Source: Spirochaetia bacterium
GTDB lineage: Bacteria > Spirochaetota > Spirochaetia > SZUA-6 > Bin103
Direction: 5' to 3'
DNA: 64,000 nucleotides
NCBI GenBank assembly: GCA_965203055.1
Contig: OZ241863.1
Location: 3,712,001 to 3,776,000, forward strand
Notes under the pieces: model-generated
Told to the model about the DNA's origin: nothing
Databases searched by the model: none
Seen by the model: the letters and a program-made list of their open reading frames with translations, nothing else
Translations under genes and position numbers: made by a program
Shown: in pieces, positions 55,278 to 64,000 of the stretch
Layout: every line of letters starts with the position of its first letter
How positions within the stretch are numbered: position 1 is the first letter of the stretch

Positions 55278-55730
55278 ATGCCACATGCAACGCCGGGGTC
55301 CGGCAAGGGTTTTCAGGGATTGGCCGGGGTGATTACGGCGCTCACGGTGCTCGCGACCGTAATCTTTACGCTGCTCGGCGTGGTGGGCGTCGTCGACATG
55401 AACTGGGTCGATACGGAGCGGGGGGCCGCGCTCGCCTACGCGGTGGCGTTCGGCAGCATCGCGTTGAGTCCGCTGGCGGCGATCGGCTTCGTCGCCGTCG
55501 GTCTGTTCAACGCGATCGGCATCATCGCGATCGGCGCCGGGTCGGCGCGCGGGATCATTGCCATCGCCGGGGACGACGCGGGCGGCATCATCGCCATCAG
55601 CGCCGGCGGGCGGGCGAGCGGCGTCCTGATCGGCATCGGCGACGAAGCGCGGGGGCTGATTGCCATAGCCTACTCCGGCCGAAAGGCCGCGCCGTTCGCG
55701 AACTGGCCGCCCTGGCCCGGCTCGAACTGA
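55278..55730 (+). CDS. small membrane protein with G(I/L)IAI(G/A) repeats
   Basis: GGAGG upstream; TM segments, then repeats GIIAIG, GIIAIA, GIIAIS, GVLIGIG, GLIAIA. Confidence 0.65.
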   Translation: MPHATPGSGKGFQGLAGVITALTVLATVIFTLLGVVGVVDMNWVDTERGAALAYAVAFGSIALSPLAAIGFVAVGLFNAIGIIAIGAGSARGIIAIAGDDAGGIIAISAGGRASGVLIGIGDEARGLIAIAYSGRKAAPFANWPPWPGSN

Positions 55731-55735
55731 GCTCC

Positions 55736-56242
55736 ATGCGCATCTACCTCCTGCGCCACGGCGAGGCCGAGCCGGCCGCCGCGGGGCAGGCCGACGCCGG
55801 GCGGAAGCTCACCGCCCAGGGTCGGCGCCAGTCGGCGCGCGCCGGCGCCGCGTTGCGCGTGCTCGGCGACGCCCCGGCGCTGGTCCTCACCAGCCCGCTG
55901 CCGCGCGCGCGGGAGACCGCGGAGCTCGCCGTAGAGGCGCTGGCCGGAAAGCAGCGCCGCCCGCCGCTGCGGACGCTCGACCGGCTTGCCTCCGGCGCCT
56001 ACCCGGGCGAGGTGCTCGAGGCGATTCCCGCCGATCAGCCGTCGGTGATGCTGGTCGGCCACCAGCCGACGCTCGGGGCCCTGCTGGGGGTGCTGATCGG
56101 CGGCCCGCACGCGGCGCCGATCTGGCTGTCGAAGGCATCGCTGGCCTGCCTGGAGACTCCGGGCGCACCGCAACCCGGCGGCGCCGCGCTGGAGTACCTC
56201 CTGCGCCGCCGCGTCATCGCCGCCCTCGCCGAAACCGCGTGA
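55736..56242 (+). CDS. sixA: SixA-like phosphohistidine phosphatase
   Basis: YLLRHGEA, R.LT..G, TSP..RA.ETA, LVGHQP. Confidence 0.85.
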   Translation: MRIYLLRHGEAEPAAAGQADAGRKLTAQGRRQSARAGAALRVLGDAPALVLTSPLPRARETAELAVEALAGKQRRPPLRTLDRLASGAYPGEVLEAIPADQPSVMLVGHQPTLGALLGVLIGGPHAAPIWLSKASLACLETPGAPQPGGAALEYLLRRRVIAALAETA

Positions 56243-56254
56243 CGGGAGAGTAAC

Positions 56255-57250
56255 ATGCAAGAGAAGGTTCGCTGGGGCATCATTAGTACCGCCCAGATCG
56301 GGCGCAACGTGTTCATTCCGGCGCTGCGCGCCGCCCGGCGCGGGGAGCTGGCGGCGGTGGCCGGGCGCGACGCCGGCCGGACCGCGGCGTTCGCGGCCGA
56401 GCTGGGCGTTCCCGAAGTGTTCGCCAGCTACGACGCCCTGCTCACCAGCGACCGCGTGGATGCGGTGTATCTGCCGCTGCCCAACACGATGCACGAGGAG
56501 TGGACGTTGCGCGCAGTCGAGTGCGGCAAGCACGTCTTCTGCGAAAAGCCGCTGGCCACCACGGCGGCCGGGGCGCAGCGCATGGTGGACGCCGCCCGCC
56601 GCCGCGGCGTGCTGCTGTGGGAAGCGATGGTGTTCCGCTACCACCCGCAGACGCTGCGCCTGCGCCGGCTGCTGGACGGCGGGGCCATCGGCGACCTGCG
56701 CCACCTGCACATGCGCATGAGCTTCAACCTGCCGGCCGGGGAGAACATCCGCCGGCAACCGGAGCTGGGAGGCGGCGTCCTGATGGACGTGGGCTGCTAC
56801 CTGATCACCGTGGCGCGCTGGGCGGCCGCCGGCGAGCCTACCCAGGTCAGCGCCGCCTGGCACGTCGATCCGCAGCACGGCGTCGACCTCCGCCTCGCGC
56901 TGCTGCTGGCGTTCCCCGGCGGCGCCGCGGCGACGCTGTACGGCGGCTTCGACGGGGCGGCCACGCCCGGCGCGCACCTGATCGGCAGCCGCGGTTCCCT
57001 GCACGTCGAGCAGCCGACCCACCCCTACGAGGAGAGCGCCTACACCCTGACCACGCCGGCCGCCACCGAACGGGTCACGCTGCACAACGGCGTGCGCGCG
57101 TTCACCCCCGCCCTCGATCACTTTCACGACTGCGTGCTGGACGGGCGCATGCCCCTGCTCGACGCCCGCGACGCGATCCTCACGCTGCGCGTGATGGAAG
57201 CCGCCCAGGAGGCCGCCCGCAGCCAACGCACCGTCACGCTCGACGGGTAG
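56255..57250 (+). CDS. Gfo/Idh/MocA oxidoreductase
   Basis: WGIISTA.I, DAVY.PLPN..H, CEKP, GG.LMD.GCY. Confidence 0.9.
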   Translation: MQEKVRWGIISTAQIGRNVFIPALRAARRGELAAVAGRDAGRTAAFAAELGVPEVFASYDALLTSDRVDAVYLPLPNTMHEEWTLRAVECGKHVFCEKPLATTAAGAQRMVDAARRRGVLLWEAMVFRYHPQTLRLRRLLDGGAIGDLRHLHMRMSFNLPAGENIRRQPELGGGVLMDVGCYLITVARWAAAGEPTQVSAAWHVDPQHGVDLRLALLLAFPGGAAATLYGGFDGAATPGAHLIGSRGSLHVEQPTHPYEESAYTLTTPAATERVTLHNGVRAFTPALDHFHDCVLDGRMPLLDARDAILTLRVMEAAQEAARSQRTVTLDG

Positions 57251-57269
57251 GCGGCTCGCCGCCCGCCGG

Positions 57270-58823
57270 TCACGGCACGCGGAGTTCGACGGCCGTTTCG
57301 TAGAGCCGTATTTGCCGGCTCACGCTGCCAGAACGCACCGCGGAGTTGACGATGCTGGTTCCGATGCGCTTCTTGCGCACCTCGTGCAGATCGACGATCC
57401 TGAAACCCTCTCGTTCGGCAATTTCGGCGAACAGCCGGTCGGTCTGAAACTCGATCCCTTGCAGGATATTGTTCCCGATCACGACCACGACCGTTCCCCC
57501 GGAACGCATGAGCGGCAGCGTGGCGGCGCAGAATTTCTGGCAGTCGTTGAAGTACGCCGCGGCGTAGTTCGCCCAGCCCGGACCGCCGTAGACTCCCTTA
57601 TCGGTATTCCGGCTCCTTAGTTCCTCCAATTGACGGGCCAAGTGGGGAAGATCAGCCCGTAGAGACATCGCGGGACCGGAGCGAACGGTCTGCCAGAACT
57701 GGCCGAAGCTGTGCTGCTCTATCTGCTTCAACTCGGCCGCGTGCCGCACCATGCCCAGCCAGAATAGATGCGGCCGCGTGTTCCGCACGTAGTGATAGTT
57801 GTTGAGATAGGGCGGGGAGGTGATGAGTGCGTCCACGCTGCCTGGTTCGGTGCGGTCGGAATGGTCCAGGTAAGATAAGGGATGGACAGCAGCCCGCGGG
57901 AGCTTGTCGTACTTCGCCATCCGGGTCTGAAACGTTACGATATCTTCGTGCATGTCGCGCAACTTGCGGCGTACGACACCGAACACGTCGGCGTTCTCGA
58001 CCGCCGGTTTGCCGGCGCCGGCGCGAGTGCCGAGACTCGGTTCGTAGGTATAGTTCGAGAAGCTCACCATTACGGAACCGAAAGCGACCTGCAGCAGGTC
58101 CCTTACCCAATCGCTCCGTTGCTGGGAAATGAAGTCCATACAAGCCAATACCTGGCGCTCCACCGCAGGACTGAAGAATGGTATCCTGCTACGGAAGCCG
58201 GCCGGTATGCTTGACTGTACGCCGTTGAGCCACGACTCGTCCTCGTCGTATTCTTCGAGTGCGGCAATCACCTCTTCGACCATGGAAGCATCGTAGTGGG
58301 CAGCATTGATCTTCACCCTGCACGCCATGGCGGCGTAAGGATTGATCTCGTAGCCAATCGCGTCGTCGCCCTCCTTGAGCGCTTCGATCAGCGTGGTGCC
58401 GACGCCGGCGAATGGATCCAGAACCTGGAGGCGCCGGCGCGGACTGCGCACCGAGTCGAGCACGCCGGCAACGAACGAACCGGAAAAGCCGGCAATCCAC
58501 GGCACCCAGCGGTGCAGCGCGCGGTCATGGTTTTCGGCGAACGCGGTATCGCCGAGTCCGGCCGCGGGTAACAACAATTCGTATTGCCTGGGGCCGGAGC
58601 CGCCGCTCTCCGTGACGGCAACATTGCGTTTGGCGATGCTGCCGGCCTCTCCGGCCAGCCACGCTTCCAACGCCGGCCGCAGGAAACGCCACTCCCGGCC
58701 CACCTTCCGCGACGGGACGCGCCGCATTCGGGCCAGCTCGCCGAGCGTCCTCTCGCTCACCCGAATCAGCGCAGCCGCCTCAGACAGGGTCAGGATGTCT
58801 GAAACCAGCTTCGTTTCGCTCAT
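57270..58823 (-). CDS. excisionase-type HTH fused to an alpha-order DNA methyltransferase (probably N4-cytosine)
   Basis: N-terminal ILTLSEAAALIRVSERTL..VPSRKVGREWRF; HRW....AGFS; motif I DPFAGVGTT precedes motif IV TSPPY. Confidence 0.85.
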   Translation of the reverse strand: MSETKLVSDILTLSEAAALIRVSERTLGELARMRRVPSRKVGREWRFLRPALEAWLAGEAGSIAKRNVAVTESGGSGPRQYELLLPAAGLGDTAFAENHDRALHRWVPWIAGFSGSFVAGVLDSVRSPRRRLQVLDPFAGVGTTLIEALKEGDDAIGYEINPYAAMACRVKINAAHYDASMVEEVIAALEEYDEDESWLNGVQSSIPAGFRSRIPFFSPAVERQVLACMDFISQQRSDWVRDLLQVAFGSVMVSFSNYTYEPSLGTRAGAGKPAVENADVFGVVRRKLRDMHEDIVTFQTRMAKYDKLPRAAVHPLSYLDHSDRTEPGSVDALITSPPYLNNYHYVRNTRPHLFWLGMVRHAAELKQIEQHSFGQFWQTVRSGPAMSLRADLPHLARQLEELRSRNTDKGVYGGPGWANYAAAYFNDCQKFCAATLPLMRSGGTVVVVIGNNILQGIEFQTDRLFAEIAEREGFRIVDLHEVRKKRIGTSIVNSAVRSGSVSRQIRLYETAVELRVP

Positions 58824-58870
58824 ATTCCGTTATCTTCCGGTATATTCTATTCCACGTGATGGGATGTCAA
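58821..58870 (-). promoter_or_regulatory. 10-bp direct-repeat array and promoter of the HTH-methyltransferase gene
   Basis: CATATTCCGT / TATCTTCCGG / TATATTCTAT (58821-58850); minus-strand TTGACA (58870-58865) and TAGAAT (58849-58844) with a short 15-nt spacer. Confidence 0.55.
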
Positions 58871-58961
58871 GACGTCCGAATCGCGCTTGACTACCTCCTC
58901 GTCTTGTGAGATCATGCCGTTGAGTCTCGATAGTCTCGACGGCTCAGGAGGAAGTGTGACA

Positions 58962-60299
58962 ATGAAGACCTCTGTCATGGCGATGCTGTTCTCTCTGACG
59001 GTCAGCGGGACGCTGCTTGCGTCGGCTGCGCAGGAAGCCGCGAGCTCGGACGAAGCGGCGGAGCTCGTGGTCTGGACGCACGCCACAATCACTCCTGAGC
59101 GTCGAGTTGCCTGGGAGGCGGACGTGAAGGGCGCCTTTCAAGAGGCGCACCCCCACGTAACGATCAACCTGGAGTTCATTCCCGAAACGTACGACACCGC
59201 AAAGACCGCCATCGCCGGCGGCGGCGGCCCCGACATCACGGTGATGTACGGCGGTCACGCGATGGAGCTGGCCAAGGCCGGGCTGCTGTACGAGATGAAT
59301 GACTACGCGGAGCAGTACGGGTGGGACGAGCGGTTCGCCTCCTGGGCGCTGCCGCTGTGGGGCGTGGAAGGCAACGTCTATACGTTGCCGGACGAGATCG
59401 AGACCCTGGTGCTCTACTACAGCCCCCAGGTATTCGAACGGCACGGCTGGACGCCGCCCGACACGATGGACGACTTGATCGCGCTGGCGGAGCAGGTCGA
59501 AGCCGCGGGGGTGATTCCGTTCGGTCACAACAGCGCCGACTGGCACAATACGCACGAATGGTTCATCGGCGAGTTCATCAATGGCTGGGCCGGTCCCGAG
59601 AAGACCTACGAGGCGCTGACCGGCGAGCGCAGTTGGACCGATCCCGACTTCGTCGAATCAATGGAGATTCTCGCCAGCTTCCAGCAAAACGGTTGGTTCT
59701 CCGGCAGCCTCGACCGCTACTACGCGGGGACCTTCTCCGAACGGTGGGGGAACTTCGCCAACGGCGACTCCGCGATGCTCATCGAAGGCACTTGGTTCCC
59801 GAGCAGCGCGGTCGATTACTTCGGACCCGAACACGGCAACGACAACGAGTGGGATTGGGTCCCCACCCCCACCAGAACCGGCGACGCGATCTTCAACGTC
59901 GGCATTGGCGAGGGTTACGCGGTAGCCGCCGCTACCCGGCACGCGGACGCGGCGGCGTTGTTCCTCGACTGGTTGTTCTCGTCGGAGACGCAGGGGCAGT
60001 TGTTCGCCGGGGACGTCGGCAAGCAGCCGGCTCCGGTCAAGGTGGAACCCGAACACATGGAGGGCGCCGATGAACGGGTAGCCGGGATTCTGGGCCTGAT
60101 GCACGAAGCGTTCGCCAACGGCAACTACGGCTATACCATGTGGACCTTCTCCGGCCCCAAGACCAATACCTACCAGAACCGCGGGGTGGAGAAGCTGTGG
60201 GCGGGCGACATTACCGCCGCGCAGTACATGGCAGACTGGCAGGAGCTGCACGCCGCGGAGTTGGCCGAAGGCGCCGTGCCGCCCATACCCCCGCGGTAG
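58962..60299 (+). CDS. carbohydrate ABC substrate-binding protein (family 1)
   Basis: AGGAGG RBS; signal peptide; F.EAHP..TI, GGGPD, LYY, F.NG..AM...GTW. Confidence 0.9.
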   Translation: MKTSVMAMLFSLTVSGTLLASAAQEAASSDEAAELVVWTHATITPERRVAWEADVKGAFQEAHPHVTINLEFIPETYDTAKTAIAGGGGPDITVMYGGHAMELAKAGLLYEMNDYAEQYGWDERFASWALPLWGVEGNVYTLPDEIETLVLYYSPQVFERHGWTPPDTMDDLIALAEQVEAAGVIPFGHNSADWHNTHEWFIGEFINGWAGPEKTYEALTGERSWTDPDFVESMEILASFQQNGWFSGSLDRYYAGTFSERWGNFANGDSAMLIEGTWFPSSAVDYFGPEHGNDNEWDWVPTPTRTGDAIFNVGIGEGYAVAAATRHADAAALFLDWLFSSETQGQLFAGDVGKQPAPVKVEPEHMEGADERVAGILGLMHEAFANGNYGYTMWTFSGPKTNTYQNRGVEKLWAGDITAAQYMADWQELHAAELAEGAVPPIPPR

Positions 60300-60353
60300 C
60301 GCGCTCCCGCACGGCACGGCGCTCCCTAGAGGCCCGATAGCCCGGCTGCGGGC

Positions 60354-61247
60354 ATGACCCTGTTGCGCGGTCACCGTCTGCGGGCCGCCAAGCTCACGCC
60401 GTGGCTGTTCCTGTTGCCGATCCTGATCGTCCACTTCGCTATCAGGATCGCGCCGTCGGCGGCGGCCGCCTACTATTCGCTTACCGATTGGACCGGAATC
60501 GGTGGGGCGGAGTTCATCGGCCTCGACAACTTTCGTCACCTGTTTCAGGAAGACCCCGACTTCCTGGCGGCGTTCAGCCACAACTGGTTGTGGCTGGCGT
60601 ACACGAGCATCTCCTTCACCATGGCGCTGCTGGTAGCGGCCCTGCTGGTGCCGCTGAAGCGGGGCGGCATGACCATCCGCACGCTGCTGTTCATTCCGTT
60701 CGTGCTGCCGAGCGTGGTGGTGGCCTCCACCTGGAGAGACCTGCTGCACCCGGACCTCGGCATCGTGGCGCTGTTCGGGCGAGTGTTCGGCATCGCCGGC
60801 CTCGACCGCGCCTTCCTGGCGGTGCCGCAGACCTCGCTGTTCGCGGTGTTCTTCATCGACAACTGGCGCTGGTGGGTGTTCCTGATGATCCTGCTGCTCA
60901 CCGCGATGCAGAACATCGATCGCGAGCAGTACGAATCGGCGCGGGTCGACGGGGCAACCGCCTGGCAGGAGTTCTTTCACATCACCTTGCCGGGGATCCG
61001 CCCGACGTTGATGTTCCTGGCGCTGATGGTCTGTATCTGGACCTTTCTGGTGTTCGACTACGTCTTCCTGTTGACCGGCGGCGGGCCGGGCAACTCCTCC
61101 GAGGTGCTGGGAACGCTCCTGTTCACCCACGCCTTCCTCAACTTCGAAGCCGGCTACGCCGCCGCGATCGGGATCGCGATGACCCTGATCTCCTCGCTCT
61201 TCATCGTGATGTTCGTGTTCCTGCGGCGCCGGGGATGGGACATCTGA
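60354..61247 (+). CDS. carbohydrate ABC permease
   Basis: FIGLDNF, YESARVDGA, LTGGGPG, GYAAA. Confidence 0.92.
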   Translation: MTLLRGHRLRAAKLTPWLFLLPILIVHFAIRIAPSAAAAYYSLTDWTGIGGAEFIGLDNFRHLFQEDPDFLAAFSHNWLWLAYTSISFTMALLVAALLVPLKRGGMTIRTLLFIPFVLPSVVVASTWRDLLHPDLGIVALFGRVFGIAGLDRAFLAVPQTSLFAVFFIDNWRWWVFLMILLLTAMQNIDREQYESARVDGATAWQEFFHITLPGIRPTLMFLALMVCIWTFLVFDYVFLLTGGGPGNSSEVLGTLLFTHAFLNFEAGYAAAIGIAMTLISSLFIVMFVFLRRRGWDI

Positions 61248-62095
61248 TGACCGCCGCGGGGGGCCGCCTGCGCCGCGGCCGCGTGCTGAACTATCTCATC
61301 CTGTTCCTGTTCGTGGCGTTCGCCTTGGGGCCGATCGTCAACGTCGTGTTCAACTCGCTCAAGACGCAGGCCGAGATCGGCCGCAATCCGCTCGGACCGC
61401 CGTCCGCCGAGCTGCACTTCGAGAACTATCCGCGCGCCTGGGAGTATGGCGAATTCGGGACCACGGTTCGCAACAGCCTCATTCTGGTCGCCGGTACGGT
61501 GGCCGGAATCCTGCTGTTCGGGGGGATGGCGGCCTACAGCATGGCCAAGCTGCACTTGCCGGCCGCGGCAACCAACGTGCTGTTGCTCTATCTGCTGGTG
61601 ATGCAGAGCCTGCCGATACATCTCTCTCTGGTACCGCTGTTCTGGATCTTCCGCGTCATCGGGCTGGTCAACACCCACGTCGGGGTGATCCTGATCTATC
61701 TGGCGCTCAACTCGCCGTTCTCGATCTTCCTGATGCGCTCCTACTTCCTGCAGATCCCGGACGATTTTCGCGACGCCGCCCGGCTCGACGGCGCGAACGA
61801 GATGCAGATTCTGTACCGCGTCATGGTGCCCATGGCGTGGCCGGTGTTCCTGACGGTGGGGCTGGTCAACGCGCTGTTCGTGTGGAGCGAGTTCATGATC
61901 GTGCGCATCTTTCTGATCCGCGGCGACCTGTTTACGGTAGTCACCAGCTACTTCCGGTTCGCCACCGCCTACGGCCGCGACTGGGGGCTGACCAGCGCGG
62001 GAGCGGTGATGATGATCTTCCCGATCGTGGTGACCTTCCTCCTGCTGCAGCGCCGCTTCATCCAGGGCCTGACCCAGGGCGGAGTGAAGGGCTGA
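61247..62095 (+). CDS. carbohydrate ABC permease
   Basis: TGATG coupling; NSLKT, ENY..AW, DAARLDGA, QRRFIQGLT.GGVKG. Confidence 0.92.
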   Translation: MTAAGGRLRRGRVLNYLILFLFVAFALGPIVNVVFNSLKTQAEIGRNPLGPPSAELHFENYPRAWEYGEFGTTVRNSLILVAGTVAGILLFGGMAAYSMAKLHLPAAATNVLLLYLLVMQSLPIHLSLVPLFWIFRVIGLVNTHVGVILIYLALNSPFSIFLMRSYFLQIPDDFRDAARLDGANEMQILYRVMVPMAWPVFLTVGLVNALFVWSEFMIVRIFLIRGDLFTVVTSYFRFATAYGRDWGLTSAGAVMMIFPIVVTFLLLQRRFIQGLTQGGVKG

Positions 62096-62119
62096 CACTC
62101 CGGCGGCCGAACGGAGCTT

Positions 62120-64000
62120 TCAGGACTCCGGTTCGGTGACCGCCAGAATCTGGTCAGCGGGCAGGTCGCGGAGGGTTTGCGTGACCCCGCTCGGCCAGTG
62201 GATCTCGAGCGTCTCGACCTGCGCGGCGCGGCCGAGCCCGAACTCCAGGTCGATGCTGTCCATCGACAGATAGCTGGAGCCCGCGCGCACCTCCTGCACC
62301 TGAACCGTGGCCGGCGCGCCGCCGGTGGTGAGGTAGACCCGGGCGCCAATGGCGTCCGCGTTGCTGCCGGTCCCGTCGATCGCCATGCGCCCCCGCAGGC
62401 GGAGGGTGAGCCAGTGATTGCCGCCGCCGCCGTTCAACCACGTGAAGACCGGGCCGGGAGCGGGCGCCGTGGAACGGCGCCCGGTGATGGCGTTGGGTTC
62501 ACCCACGTACCGCTCGCCGCTGCTGTTGGTGGCTATCAGATCGACGTAGCCGTCGCCGTTCAGGTCGCCGTGCGCCAGCCCCTTGCCGTTTTCGTGGTTC
62601 ATGCGATCGATGCGGCGCAGTTTGAGGTCGGTCGGGTTGCGCGGCCCGGACGCGTCCAGGCCGGCGTAGTCGACGTCCACGATGTTCAGCAATCGGGCGC
62701 GCACCGTAACGTCGGCGAACGAACCGCGCCCGTCGCCGCGCAGCATGCGTCCGGCGGCGGGGTAGATGGCGCCCCAGGGACTCTCACCGCGACCGCGGGT
62801 GGAGCCGGTCCAGTACAGATCCTGATCGCCGTCGTTGTCGTAATCGAAGAAGGTCGCCCCGAACGCGAAGTCGTAGGCGGCGAGTCCCTGTGGAATCTGG
62901 TGCGCCGGGTGAATGACGGATGGTTCCAGCGCCAGCGGCGGAAACAGCGGGCTCGGCGCAACGTGGGTAGCTGCGGCGACGTCGCTGAACCTTCCGGGGG
63001 CGACGTTGGCCAGAAGGAAGTGGGAGCAGGTGCCGGAGGTGAAGCGCGCGAAGTAGTCGCAGGTAGCGCGCGGCACGGCCAGCGGCTCCCGCAGCAGCGA
63101 GTGGAAGCCGACGTTGGCGGCGAACAGGTCGAGGTCGGCGTCGCCGTCGTAGTCGCCCACCGCAAACGCCATCCAGGCGCCAACCTTGTCGATCCCCATC
63201 TCGCGCGCGACCGGGGTGAACGCGACGGTCCCGCCCGCCGAGTCGTTGCGGTAGAGGTGCAGCCGGTCGCCGTCGTTGGCCACCCACAGGTCGGGATCGC
63301 GGTCGTCGTCGTAGTCGAAGAACAGCACCGCGTGGGTCTGGCCGGTGGGCTCGCCGACGCGGTTGCCGAGCTCGTCGGTAAGCTGCGGATCGTATCCCTG
63401 GTACACGGCGCCGGTGTCCGGGTCGGTATGCAGTACCGGTGAATCGTCGGGGTGGCGCATCTCGATCTGCGGCCCGTGCACGCCCACTTGGCGGGCGATC
63501 TCGGTAAAGGTCAGGTCGCCGTTGTTCATGAACAGAAGGTTGTAGTGACCGGGCTGGTTGAGGTCGTCGAAGTAGCGGAAGTCCTCGTCCAGCAAGTTGC
63601 CCACGTACAGGTCGAGCCAGCCGTCGCCGTTGACGTCGGCGCAGGCGACGCCGGCCGCGGAGCGCACGTTGACCTGGCCGCCGAAGGCGCCGGCGGTTAT
63701 CTCCTCGAAGGTGCCGTCGCCGCGATTGCGCAGCAACGAGTCGCGGTGGCCGGTCTGCGGGGAACGAAAGCCGAGGCCGTCCGCGGGATCGCCCCAGGCG
63801 CCCACGTACAGGTCCTGGAAGCCGTCGTTGTCGAGGTCACAGGCCACTGCGCCGGTGCTGTGGCTCTGCTCCAGGGCGACCCCGGCCTGCTGCGCGACGT
63901 CGGTGAACACCGCGTTGCCGTCGTTGCGGTACAACCAGTTCGCATGCCCGGCGGCCGCGGTGAGGTACAGATCGAGGTCCCCGTCGCGGTCGTAGTCGAA
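62120..64000 (-). CDS. third CRTAC1-family (FG-GAP + ASPIC/UnbV) protein, 5' end beyond the window
   Basis: Many D.D.DG..D repeats; C-terminal NHWL.L.L.G..SN.DAIGARV..GSSYLS..FGLG..I.WPSG. Confidence 0.88.
   Translation of the reverse strand, partial: FDYDRDGDLDLYLTAAAGHANWLYRNDGNAVFTDVAQQAGVALEQSHSTGAVACDLDNDGFQDLYVGAWGDPADGLGFRSPQTGHRDSLLRNRGDGTFEEITAGAFGGQVNVRSAAGVACADVNGDGWLDLYVGNLLDEDFRYFDDLNQPGHYNLLFMNNGDLTFTEIARQVGVHGPQIEMRHPDDSPVLHTDPDTGAVYQGYDPQLTDELGNRVGEPTGQTHAVLFFDYDDDRDPDLWVANDGDRLHLYRNDSAGGTVAFTPVAREMGIDKVGAWMAFAVGDYDGDADLDLFAANVGFHSLLREPLAVPRATCDYFARFTSGTCSHFLLANVAPGRFSDVAAATHVAPSPLFPPLALEPSVIHPAHQIPQGLAAYDFAFGATFFDYDNDGDQDLYWTGSTRGRGESPWGAIYPAAGRMLRGDGRGSFADVTVRARLLNIVDVDYAGLDASGPRNPTDLKLRRIDRMNHENGKGLAHGDLNGDGYVDLIATNSSGERYVGEPNAITGRRSTAPAPGPVFTWLNGGGGNHWLTLRLRGRMAIDGTGSNADAIGARVYLTTGGAPATVQVQEVRAGSSYLSMDSIDLEFGLGRAAQVETLEIHWPSGVTQTLRDLPADQILAVTEPES

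Noticed and set aside
58923..58939. AGTCTCGA direct repeat in the sugar binding-protein leader
   Set aside because: Only two 8-mers and no linked regulator; too weak to call an operator.
1..64000. Many long antisense or alternate-frame ORFs (e.g. 17645-19669, 19871-21850, 27906-30197, 49078-50892)
   Set aside because: They are shadow ORFs typical of high-GC DNA, overlap genes with clear family motifs, and have low-complexity Arg/Ala/Gly translations.

Overview
A GC-rich bacterial chromosomal window, almost entirely coding, with about 58 genes. I found no rRNA, tRNA, CRISPR array, transposase or integrase. The 'GGxxE'-type starts of the mature solute-binding proteins and the many ABC binding proteins, NHL, TPR and CRTAC1 proteins suggest a Spirochaetaceae-like, possibly host-associated organism; this is inference only. 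The metabolic backbone comprises: a Na+-pumping methylmalonyl-CoA decarboxylase operon (mmdADCB); nadACB; an amidase with a small partner; an IclR / ABC transporter / GH127 sugar cluster; an MMPL + LolA-like + beta-barrel module; three CRTAC1/ASPIC-UnbV proteins; Fpg; xylulokinase and a GH4 glycosidase; trkAH; and a sugar ABC transporter. Scattered singly between these operons are defence- or conflict-like genes: a Schlafen/AlbA-HATPase protein, an AAA-PD(D/E)XK protein, an AAA_14-DUF4143 protein, a STAND-like ATPase paired with a protein of ten 41-aa TPR repeats, an ABC-ATPase + TOPRIM pair, hicAB, an Xis-HTH-methyltransferase fusion and two methyltransferase remnants. The most notable non-coding signals are: a concentric 66-bp dyad over the promoter and ATG of the AAA_14-DUF4143 gene; 10-bp head-to-tail repeats at the Xis-HTH-methyltransferase start; a duplicated operator + RBS + first-codons cassette shared by an ABC binding-protein gene and the GH127 gene; and a hairpin upstream of nadA that resembles the NAD+-I riboswitch. 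All family calls come from motif recognition by eye; no database searches were run.
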